Shown here: piece after piece, positions 17,831 to 25,868 of the stretch
How positions within the stretch are numbered: position 1 is the first letter of the stretch
Layout of the letters: each line of letters opens with the position of its first letter
Origin: an uncultured Candidatus Saccharibacteria bacterium
GTDB lineage: Bacteria > Patescibacteriota > Minisyncoccia > Phycocordibacterales > UBA2100
Assembly (NCBI GenBank): GCA_964350885.1
Contig: CAYGKV010000003.1
Location: forward strand, 15,444-79,443
Direction: 5' to 3'
Length of the DNA stretch: 64,000 nt
The notes under the pieces: model-generated
The model's database searches: none
What the model saw: the letters and a program-made list of their open reading frames with translations, nothing else
What the model was told of the DNA's origin: nothing
Translations under genes and position numbers: made by a program

Positions 17831-18658
17831 ATGAAAGCGTTAATCGTAATCTCTTTTGCTATGAATAATGTCATTCGCACAGCACTTCCAACCGCCATCT
17901 TGGGCGCCGTCCTCCTCTTTGGTGTAGCAATCGCAGAAGCGAGTCATTCATGGGGGAGCTACCATTGGGCACGTCAATCGAATCCATTCACTCTCAAGCT
18001 CGGCGATAATGTATCGTCCGCGTGGGATTCGTATCTCACCACGACGTCAACCGAGTGGAGTCTTTCGAGCGTTCTCGATACGACCATTGTCACGGGGCTT
18101 GCCGGTAGGAATTGCAAAGCGACTACGGGACGCGTCGAGGTGTGCAACAGTAGATACGGCCAAAATGGCTGGCTTGGGCTCGCTCAGATTTGGATTTCTG
18201 GGACGCATATCACCAAGGGCTTGGCAAAGATGAATGACACCTATTTCAGTATGGCGCAGTACAACAACGCCGATGAAAAGCTTCATGTAATGTGCCAGGA
18301 AGTCGGCCACACCTTTGGTCTTGGTCACACGAGCGAAGATGGCACCTCGCAAGGGACGTGCATGGACTATTCGGATAGCCCGAGTAGCACGCTTCCAAAC
18401 CAGCACGACTACGACCAACTTGCGGCCATCTACGCGCATCTCGATTCCTTCAACTCTTTTAGCAGCGCCTTCTCTAGCGTGCGTGGCGCATCTGCCGAAG
18501 CACAGAGCGGAGATTTCGAGGACGCATCGGAGTGGGGTAAAGAGATCCATCGTTCAGCTAACGGTCGCTCGTCCGTGTTTGAGCGCGATCTTGGTAATGG
18601 CAACAGGCTCCTGACGCACATCTACTGGGCCGAGCCGCGCGGGCACCATCACGAATAG
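17831..18658 (+). CDS. Secreted metzincin-like protein (M43/cytophagalysin-like) with atypical QExxHxxGxxH site
   Basis: Signal peptide MKALIVISFAMNNVIRTALPTAILGAVLLFGVAIAEA; LHVMCQEVGHTFGLGHTSEDG (Gln where the first zinc-binding His is expected); a downstream Met-turn candidate GTCMDYSD. Confidence 0.55.
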   Translation: MKALIVISFAMNNVIRTALPTAILGAVLLFGVAIAEASHSWGSYHWARQSNPFTLKLGDNVSSAWDSYLTTTSTEWSLSSVLDTTIVTGLAGRNCKATTGRVEVCNSRYGQNGWLGLAQIWISGTHITKGLAKMNDTYFSMAQYNNADEKLHVMCQEVGHTFGLGHTSEDGTSQGTCMDYSDSPSSTLPNQHDYDQLAAIYAHLDSFNSFSSAFSSVRGASAEAQSGDFEDASEWGKEIHRSANGRSSVFERDLGNGNRLLTHIYWAEPRGHHHE

Positions 18659-18739
18659 TCGCATGTAAGGTTTGCGCCATTCACTCTGTTTTCTCTCGGA
18701 GTCTGTTTTTGTTGGTTGGCCCGCCAAGGTCGAGAATTC

Positions 18740-18785
18740 GAAGGTTCAACCTTCAACGAACAGTCCCGTTGAAGGTTGAGCCTTC
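18740..18785. repeat. Nested palindrome / 19-bp inverted repeat
   Basis: gaaggttcaaccttcaacg-(8 nt)-cgttgaaggttgagccttc, with each arm itself palindromic (gaaggtt.aaccttc). Confidence 0.5.
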
Positions 18786-18985
18786 TACCGCTCCATAACA
18801 TCTCTCGCTCGTGCCGCAGTGGGGGCACTCCTTAACGCCTCTGCGCTCAACTCAAGTCTTGAAGTAGCCGACGTGATCTCGATCTTCAACGCAGCAAATC
18901 CCTCAGGCGACTTCGAGGCGGCCAAGGCGCAGTACACGTTCCCAGAGAACTGCCCACTCAATTAACAACTAACAATTATTAGTCC

Positions 18986-19012
18986 AAAAACCGCTCAACA
19001 GAGCGGTTTTTG
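18986..19012 (+). terminator. Rho-independent terminator with no annotated upstream gene (orphan, possibly an sRNA end)
   Basis: aaaaaccgctc-aaca-gagcggttttt. Confidence 0.55.
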
Positions 19013-19144
19013 GGTGTAAGGGGATATGCACAGGTAATCCACTATTACAGCACGCCATCCACATGCAATTTTCATGTAAGCGGAGTAAACTTCACGATGG
19101 AATTATCAATATTTATTAGTGCGCAATAATAGAAAATAATATTT

Positions 19145-20620
19145 ATGAAAAAAACACTTACAAAGTTTGCTCTCGCGACAGCGCTCTTGGTCCCGTTCGC
19201 GTTCGCTGCGCCCGCCTCGGCCGCAACGGTCTGGGATACAACGGGAAGTTATGTAGTGGGGTTCCAGCTCACCGGTGACCCGACAGTTTACGCTCACGAC
19301 GCCGTTCTTTCACAGGACGCGTTCGATGCCGTAACGGGGTCCGGCGGGTATCCTGCAGGTGGACCATATGGGTACGCATGGACTATTACCGGCGGCACGG
19401 TCGTGGATGACACCATAAGTCTTGCCATGTCGTATACGCTTGGCGCTGTCTGCGATATGACGATGATCGGTACGATTGCACTGGATGGGTCTATGAGTGG
19501 AACGTGGTCAGATAATTGCGGAGGCCCGCGCACGGGTACATGGTCAACCACAAGTGGGGCCGCAGTCAGCACAAGTCCTGAAGTGCATATCTTCAAGTAT
19601 GTTGATGGCGTTCAGGCCACTGCGGCCAATGCCGATAGTTCCGCGTTTCCGATGCTGACGACTTTCAACTCCAGCGTGTATGGCCTTGTCACGGACGCTC
19701 CGTTCACCCTAAGTCCGACCGGATGGGCAGTTAGCGACGATCCGTACGAAGCCTCGTACCTTGGCGGAGCTGCGGGTGACGATTACGCGACACGCGAAGT
19801 CCTTACGACTTCGATTGTAGGCGCATCGTGTGACGGCTCGAAAGACTTCAGACTAATCGGGTATTCAACTGGTGGCTCGCTCGCCGCGGCTGAGGCGGCA
19901 GGCCCCAGCGCTACCGAGCCAAGCTTCACTAATCTCCAGAGTGACAAGTACGTTATCGTGTGGAACAGCAAATGTGTTCCAAGCGTGCCGGTAATTACGT
20001 CGCCATCGAACAACATGTGCGTAACCTCCGCTAATCAGCAGTTGATTGACTGGACAAATTCTACCGGAGGTGTAAATCCTATTACCTACCAGTATCAGGC
20101 GTTCTCTGATTCTGCTTATACCGCCTCTGTTTATGACAGCGGTATGACCTTGGCCTCATCACAGATTCCAACCCCAGGCACTCCAGCCGGAACCTACTAC
20201 ATCAGGGTTAGGGCACAGGATGGCAATGGAACCCTCAGCGATTGGAGCAATGGGTCATCAAATCCGTACAAAATCGTTGTAGGCCCCGACACCTTCACAT
20301 GGAGTCAGCTGCTGTCCCCGCTGAACATTTCTGGTAAGACATACAATACCGGAAGTACCATCCCCGTTAAGGTCCAGATAAAAGACGGGTGCGGCGTCGG
20401 AGTAAACAAGGGATTGCCGACACTAACGATAAAAGACAGTTCGTCGGCGACGGTGTCAACCGGCCCCTTTAGGTTCGATTCTTCGGCAGGACAGTATATC
20501 TTCAACTGGAGCACTAAAGTCCCCACGATGCTCCCAACGGGAACTTATACGATCACCGTTGACTCTCTTGCCGGCGTTACCGATCCGGCACCCACAACTG
20601 CAGCTATCCTGGTTAAGTAA
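19145..20620 (+). CDS. Secreted hypothetical protein (491 aa) whose C-terminal ~100-aa domain is shared with the LCAT-like lipase
   Basis: Sec signal MKKTLTKFALATALLVPFAFAAPASA. The C-terminus ...GSTIPVKVQIKD...SSAGQYIFNWSTKVPTMLPTGTYTITV parallels ...GSTVPVKFQLKN...GTSQQYIYNWSTKGLMPGYWYRIYAQL at the C-terminus of the 30346..33282 ORF. Confidence 0.6.
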   Translation: MKKTLTKFALATALLVPFAFAAPASAATVWDTTGSYVVGFQLTGDPTVYAHDAVLSQDAFDAVTGSGGYPAGGPYGYAWTITGGTVVDDTISLAMSYTLGAVCDMTMIGTIALDGSMSGTWSDNCGGPRTGTWSTTSGAAVSTSPEVHIFKYVDGVQATAANADSSAFPMLTTFNSSVYGLVTDAPFTLSPTGWAVSDDPYEASYLGGAAGDDYATREVLTTSIVGASCDGSKDFRLIGYSTGGSLAAAEAAGPSATEPSFTNLQSDKYVIVWNSKCVPSVPVITSPSNNMCVTSANQQLIDWTNSTGGVNPITYQYQAFSDSAYTASVYDSGMTLASSQIPTPGTPAGTYYIRVRAQDGNGTLSDWSNGSSNPYKIVVGPDTFTWSQLLSPLNISGKTYNTGSTIPVKVQIKDGCGVGVNKGLPTLTIKDSSSATVSTGPFRFDSSAGQYIFNWSTKVPTMLPTGTYTITVDSLAGVTDPAPTTAAILVK

Positions 20621-20632
20621 GGAACAATTATC

Positions 20633-20668
20633 AGCCCAAAACCCCGCCCATGTGGCGGGGTTTTGGGT
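20633..20668 (+). terminator. Rho-independent terminator
   Basis: cccaaaaccccgccc-atgt-ggcggggttttggg. Confidence 0.6.
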
Positions 20669-20755
20669 TGGGGACAGCTGCGTAGGAGGGAAGGGAGAGC
20701 GGCGGTACTATTCAAGCAGTAGTCTTATTATGTTTCCTATTATTTTTATAACCAT

Positions 20756-21292
20756 ATGAACAAATGGGTACTCGGTGCGATAGCTTTGGTGGTGATCGGT
20801 GGAGGGTTTGCGGTTCTTAATCAGAACGGTTCAAGCATCGACTCTCTGGCAGCAGCCGGTGGCGCGTTTGATCAGTACGGCTACAACGACAAGGCGCGCA
20901 TTTTTAATGGCCTTGCAGACGGAGTGGACAGGAATCTTGATGGCATGGTATGGGGGAGTCCGACCTATGCGAAGGACAGACTCGTAATGAAGTGGAACGC
21001 TGCATGGGACGCCTGCAACGCCGCAGGCAACAACTCCGAGAGCGCATGCTCGACGGCGTGGCTGGACAACGAATGGAATGGCGCTGCGGGCGGCTCGGGC
21101 GAGGTCTGGCACTACAAAATAATCTGGGTCGGCCCAGACGGACCTGCAAGTAAGTACTGGAAGCCGGGCGGATACTCGGTGTGGGGTAATTATGAGGTCT
21201 TGATGGATCAGGGGGTCGTTCTCGGAGACAGCGGCGCGGTGCATACGTGGTTTACGCGCTCGACACCCAACGGCTACGGTGCCAAGAAATAA
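20756..21292 (+). CDS. Membrane-anchored extracytoplasmic hypothetical protein
   Basis: N-terminal anchor MNKWVLGAIALVVIGGGFAV followed by a Trp/Gly-rich soluble domain; a terminator hairpin lies at 21329-21352. Confidence 0.5.
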   Translation: MNKWVLGAIALVVIGGGFAVLNQNGSSIDSLAAAGGAFDQYGYNDKARIFNGLADGVDRNLDGMVWGSPTYAKDRLVMKWNAAWDACNAAGNNSESACSTAWLDNEWNGAAGGSGEVWHYKIIWVGPDGPASKYWKPGGYSVWGNYEVLMDQGVVLGDSGAVHTWFTRSTPNGYGAKK

Positions 21293-21465
21293 GACTGTTT
21301 CGTTTCTCTCTGATCGGATAGTCCGAGACCCCGCCAAAAGGCGGGGTTTTGGTGCTAGAATGTCGGATCGGCGGTAGGTGTAAGGAAAGTCTGGGCGGGT
21401 CGTCTTATCTTTGTGCCCAAATTAGTCGTTTATTAATTATTAGACCACAAAACTATTCATTAACT

Positions 21466-22695
21466 ATGTCAAAATTCAACAAGACAATAGCGATGGTGCT
21501 CGTAATGAGCGTCATGGTGCCGAGCCTCGCGTTCGCCCAGACCACATCCACCAGCAGCATCCAGGCGCTTCTCGATCAGATGAAGGCGCTTCAAGCGCAG
21601 ATCATTGGGTTGCAGCAGCAGCAAAAGACTCTCGTCCAGCAACAGCAGACGAATATCCAGAATCTCGTCCAGACGCTCAGACAGGGCGACAGGGGAGAGA
21701 ACGTGAGAATTCTTCAGCAGCTTCTCGCGCAGGATCCGACCATCTTCCCTGAAGGTACGGTATCAGGCTTCTTTGGCCCGCTCACTGAAAAGGCCGTCAA
21801 GCGATTCCAGCAAAAGCACGGTATTGAGCAGGCGGGCAACGTCGGCCCCAAGACCCTGAAGAAGCTCAACGAACTCTTCTTCGGCAAGTCCGGTAAAAGT
21901 CACGATGATAATAAAGGCAAGGGTAATGAAGACGACGACGACGAGGAGAACGACCACGGTAGCGGCTCTATCGTGATCTGTCACTTCTCACGTGGTGATT
22001 CTTCTTCAAAGACGATCAGCGTCGGGGGCAAGGCATATGCTGCGCACCTGAAGCACGGCGACGTACTCGGAACTTGTACGGGAGGTGGCAATCCTTCGAC
22101 ACCCGACACGATTGCACCGATCATCTCGAATGCAGTGATCTCAGCGATCACCAGCACGAGCGCTTCTGTATCGTGGAATACCAACGAACAAGCAACGAGC
22201 AAGGTCTACTACTCGACGACCACGCCGGTCAACCTCGCGACCGCACTCACCGTGAACAACGGATCTCGTGTAATGAATCGTACGCTCTCGCTCACCGGTC
22301 TTATCCCGAGCACGACGTACTTCTACGTTCTCGAGTCCAAGGACTACGCCAACAACACGGCGACGACCTCGACCGCGAGCTTCACGACGGCCGCAGCTCC
22401 CGACACAACTGCTCCGGTAATTTCCGGAACATCAGTCTCGGCTATCGCTACCACCACCGCAACGGTGTCGTGGACGACCAACGAAGCAGCGACAGGGAAG
22501 GTCTACTACTCGACTACTTCGCCAGTCAACCTCGGGACCGCGCTCACCATGAGCAACGGCTCCCTCACGACGGGCCACACGTTTGTTCTCACGAGCCTCG
22601 CAGGAGCGACGACGTATTACTACGTCCTCGAGTCCAAGGATGCTGCCAACAACACGGCAACGACCTCGACCGCGAGCTTCGTAACGACGAACTAA
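21466..22695 (+). CDS. Secreted protein: Q-rich coiled-coil, PG_binding_1 domain, acidic linker, two fibronectin-III-like repeats
   Basis: Signal MSKFNKTIAMVLVMSVMVPSLAFA; a QQQ-rich segment; GDRGENVRILQQLLAQ...GFFGPLTEKAVKRFQQKHG; DDDDEEND; then two ~99-aa repeats (...SVSWNTNEQATSKVYYSTT.PVNL.TAL...YFYVLESKD.ANNTATTSTASF). Confidence 0.6.
   Translation: MSKFNKTIAMVLVMSVMVPSLAFAQTTSTSSIQALLDQMKALQAQIIGLQQQQKTLVQQQQTNIQNLVQTLRQGDRGENVRILQQLLAQDPTIFPEGTVSGFFGPLTEKAVKRFQQKHGIEQAGNVGPKTLKKLNELFFGKSGKSHDDNKGKGNEDDDDEENDHGSGSIVICHFSRGDSSSKTISVGGKAYAAHLKHGDVLGTCTGGGNPSTPDTIAPIISNAVISAITSTSASVSWNTNEQATSKVYYSTTTPVNLATALTVNNGSRVMNRTLSLTGLIPSTTYFYVLESKDYANNTATTSTASFTTAAAPDTTAPVISGTSVSAIATTTATVSWTTNEAATGKVYYSTTSPVNLGTALTMSNGSLTTGHTFVLTSLAGATTYYYVLESKDAANNTATTSTASFVTTN
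22106..22692 (+). repeat. Two tandem ~297-bp intragenic repeats encoding FN3-like modules
   Basis: The protein repeats DT(I/T)AP(I/V)IS...ASF(T/V)T are nearly identical twice. Confidence 0.7.
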
Positions 22696-22826
22696 TCGTC
22701 CAAAAATCGTAGCAGGGAAGCGCCGCGCTAGTCGCGGCGCTTTCTGTTGCCATTTTCAGGGTTTTATCGTACTATGCGGATTCGCCCACGGTACCGTAGA
22801 ATCCCTTCATTTGAGCCATAAAAACC

Positions 22827-24164
22827 ATGAAATTCAGCGATATTCGCATCAAGAGGGTCGCTTCGGCCGCGCAATCTGTGGCCTCCCATGCTGTGGCAGC
22901 GGGTACCGTTGCCGCTGAGACCGTTGCGAGCGCTGCATACATAACCTTTCCTGACGGCGACGTGCTCGGGCAAGAGTTGCGGAAAGGCGCTTCGCTCTCC
23001 GTTATAAAACTTGTCGATGCACTTATTCAGTGTGCGTATAGCGCGCGTGCATCTGATGTGCATCTCGATCCGCGGGCGGATGGTGTTACTGTCCGATTGC
23101 GTGTAGACGGCGTCTTGAAGGACGTGCAAAAAATCCCAACGCATATTCACAGCGAAGTTATTTCGCGCCTCAAGATCCTCTGCGGATTGCGTACCGACGA
23201 GCACCAAGCGGCGCAAGACGGGCGCTTCAAGGTATCGCTCGAAGATGGGGCAAGTGTCGATGTGCGTACCTCCATCGTGCCGACGTACTACGGTGAGAAT
23301 GCTGTGTTGCGTCTTCTCTCCGATCAGGCTGAGGAATTTACGCTCGATACGCTCGGATTTACACCGGAAAATCGTGCGAAGATCTTGCACGCCATCCAGA
23401 GACCTTTTGGTATGATACTTGCGACCGGCCCCACGGGAAGCGGGAAGACCACGACGCTCTACACACTTGTGAAAATGCTCAATAAGCCGGACGTATCGGT
23501 CATCACCATCGAAGATCCTATTGAGTACTCTGTTTCCGGGATCAATCAGATACAGGTCAACAACCGCACCGGGCTCACGTTTGCCAACGGCTTGCGCTCG
23601 CTCCTCCGCCAAGATCCCAACGTCATCATGGTCGGCGAGATCCGCGATATGGAGACGGCAGGCCTTGCGGTCAATACCGCACTTACCGGCCACCTTATTC
23701 TCTCCACCTTGCACACCAACGATGCGCCGACGACATTGCCACGTCTGCTCGACATGAAAGTCGAACCGTACCTCATCGCTTCCACCGTGAACATCGCGAT
23801 AGGTCAGCGGCTCGTGAGGAAAATTTGTACTCACTGCAAAGAGGAACACAAACTCTCTGAGGCAGAAGCAAAAAGCCTCTCCGAGGTCATGCCCAAAGAT
23901 CTTCTGGCACAGCACTCCACATTCTATTCGGGCAAGGGGTGCGACGCGTGCGGCAACACGGGCTACAAGGGCCGCGCAGGCTTGCACGAGGTCATGGTCA
24001 TTGATGCCCCCATCCGCGAAGCGATACTCCGCAAAGCCTCGGCGTCTGAGATCCGCGACATCGCGCTCCAACAGGGGATGAAATCGATCGTGGTGGATGG
24101 TTTTTACAAAGCGGCACACGGTATCACGACCATTGAAGAAGTGCTGCGCATGCGCTATGAGTAA
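22827..24164 (+). CDS. pilB: Type IV pilus assembly ATPase PilB / GspE family
   Basis: Walker A ILATGPTGSGKTTTLY, Asp and His boxes, and a tetracysteine motif CTHCKEEH...CDACGNTG. Confidence 0.85.
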   Translation: MKFSDIRIKRVASAAQSVASHAVAAGTVAAETVASAAYITFPDGDVLGQELRKGASLSVIKLVDALIQCAYSARASDVHLDPRADGVTVRLRVDGVLKDVQKIPTHIHSEVISRLKILCGLRTDEHQAAQDGRFKVSLEDGASVDVRTSIVPTYYGENAVLRLLSDQAEEFTLDTLGFTPENRAKILHAIQRPFGMILATGPTGSGKTTTLYTLVKMLNKPDVSVITIEDPIEYSVSGINQIQVNNRTGLTFANGLRSLLRQDPNVIMVGEIRDMETAGLAVNTALTGHLILSTLHTNDAPTTLPRLLDMKVEPYLIASTVNIAIGQRLVRKICTHCKEEHKLSEAEAKSLSEVMPKDLLAQHSTFYSGKGCDACGNTGYKGRAGLHEVMVIDAPIREAILRKASASEIRDIALQQGMKSIVVDGFYKAAHGITTIEEVLRMRYE

Positions 24165-25365
24165 GTACACAAAAATCCGTGATGCCGCCGACGCGCGCCT
24201 CCTCAAAATGTTGCGGCCCTTCGCGAAGATTTCCTCGAAGCGCCCGGCAGAAGGGAAGTCGCGTACCACGCGCATCCACAAGGACTCCGTTCCCGAAAAG
24301 AAGCGTCCCTCGATGTTGCGTTTCCCGATACAGGACCAGATCTTTTTCGCCAAGCGATTGGGGATGATATTGCGCGCTGGCATGCCGATTATGGAAGGGC
24401 TCCACATGCTCGGGAGCGAGACACGCACGGGCTCGGCGAAATACATATTCCAGAGCCTTATCATCGATGTATCCAACGGCCAGCCGCTCTCCTCGGGGCT
24501 TGGTAAGTTCCAGCGCATTTTCGGAGAATTTTGCATCAATATCGTGAAAGTGGGGGAGAGCTCGGGCACTCTGCACGAAAATCTCGACTACCTTGCCGAA
24601 GAACTCAAAAAGAAACAGACGTTGAGGCGCAAGGTCATCGGCGCTCTCATGTATCCCGCGGTCATCGTCTTTGCGACGGTCGGCATCACGGTCATGCTCA
24701 CGGTCTATATCTTCCCCAAGATAATTCCCATTTTCCAAAGCGTGAAAGCCACGCTCCCGCTCTCGACGCGCATGCTCATCGTCATTTCCAGTTTTTTGAG
24801 CACCTGGGGCTGGTGGCTTCTTGGCGGACTGTTTGTATTTGTGATCGGATTCGTTGTGCTGATGAGAATGGTTCCGCTCTTCCACCTGTGGATGGACGTG
24901 ATTCTCTTGCGCATCCCGCTTTTGGGAAAATTATCTTCATATTACAATCTCGCCAACAGCGCGCGCACGCTCTCGCTACTTCTCAAGAGCGATGTGGGGG
25001 TGGTGCCCGCGATGGAGCTCGTAGCGGCAAGTACACGCAATCACGTGTATCGTCGAGCTCTGTACAAGGCCGCGGAGCACATCACTAAGGGACAAAAAAT
25101 CTCTTTGCAACTGCAGAGTTCACCGCGTCTCTTTCCACCCCTCATGACACAAATGGTCTTGGTAGGTGAATCAACTGGCAATCTCAGCGGCTCGCTCATG
25201 TTTCTTTCTGACATGTACGAAGAGCAGATAGATGAACTCACCAAGAACCTAACGACTCTTATCGAGCCAGTTCTCATGATCGTGATGGGGCTTCTCGTCG
25301 GATTTATCGCAATTTCTATCATTACCCCCATCTACTCCATCACGCAAAGCCTCACGCCACAATGA
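24157..25365 (+). CDS. pilC: Type IV pilus inner-membrane platform protein PilC / GspF family
   Basis: Two T2SS-F domains and 3 TM helices; the start ATG at 24157 overlaps the pilB stop (ATGAGTAA). Confidence 0.85.
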   Translation: MSKYTKIRDAADARLLKMLRPFAKISSKRPAEGKSRTTRIHKDSVPEKKRPSMLRFPIQDQIFFAKRLGMILRAGMPIMEGLHMLGSETRTGSAKYIFQSLIIDVSNGQPLSSGLGKFQRIFGEFCINIVKVGESSGTLHENLDYLAEELKKKQTLRRKVIGALMYPAVIVFATVGITVMLTVYIFPKIIPIFQSVKATLPLSTRMLIVISSFLSTWGWWLLGGLFVFVIGFVVLMRMVPLFHLWMDVILLRIPLLGKLSSYYNLANSARTLSLLLKSDVGVVPAMELVAASTRNHVYRRALYKAAEHITKGQKISLQLQSSPRLFPPLMTQMVLVGESTGNLSGSLMFLSDMYEEQIDELTKNLTTLIEPVLMIVMGLLVGFIAISIITPIYSITQSLTPQ

Positions 25366-25865
25366 TGCATATGAATGTAATGGGAAGACAAAGGGGGGTA
25401 ACTTTTTTTGAAGTACTCATTGTTATGGGCATCTTTGCGCTGGTTAGTAGTTTCGCTCTTCTGGTCAGTATGCAAAGTTATCGAAGCGCAAATTTTCGTT
25501 CCGACCGCAATCTTCTGGTCGCAGCGCTCCAGCGTGCTCGCGCACAATCCATGAACAACGTGTGCCTCGGCACTGTCTGCACTGATGGAAAAGCGCACGG
25601 TGTCGCCATCCAGCCAATCGATCACCTGGATTCTTTCGTCGTATTTCAGACTTCAAGTGGAGGTGGGTACACAGGGCGGGCTTCTTCCGACATAGCGCAT
25701 GACGCGATATTTCCTGTAAACCCGAATTCCGTCATCACGCAAACCACGATCGTATTTACGCAACTTTCTGGTACTGCTCCCGCATCCGTTATAGAAATCG
25801 ACCAAGCGGGATATGATTCTGACGTCCACGTCGAAACGAATGGCCGGATTTGGTGGACAATTTAA
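25362..25865 (+). CDS. Prepilin-type N-terminal cleavage/methylation domain protein (minor pilin)
   Basis: RG|VTFFEVLIVMGIFALV: Gly at -1, Glu at +5, followed by a hydrophobic helix. Confidence 0.6.
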   Translation: MMHMNVMGRQRGVTFFEVLIVMGIFALVSSFALLVSMQSYRSANFRSDRNLLVAALQRARAQSMNNVCLGTVCTDGKAHGVAIQPIDHLDSFVVFQTSSGGGYTGRASSDIAHDAIFPVNPNSVITQTTIVFTQLSGTAPASVIEIDQAGYDSDVHVETNGRIWWTI

Positions 25866-25868
25866 TGT

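Noticed and set aside
22074-22712. 212-aa plus-strand ORF overlapping the FN3-repeat gene in another frame
   Set aside because: It is an alternate frame of the tandem repeats (His/Arg/Asp-rich low complexity). The in-frame gene has a signal peptide and domain logic.
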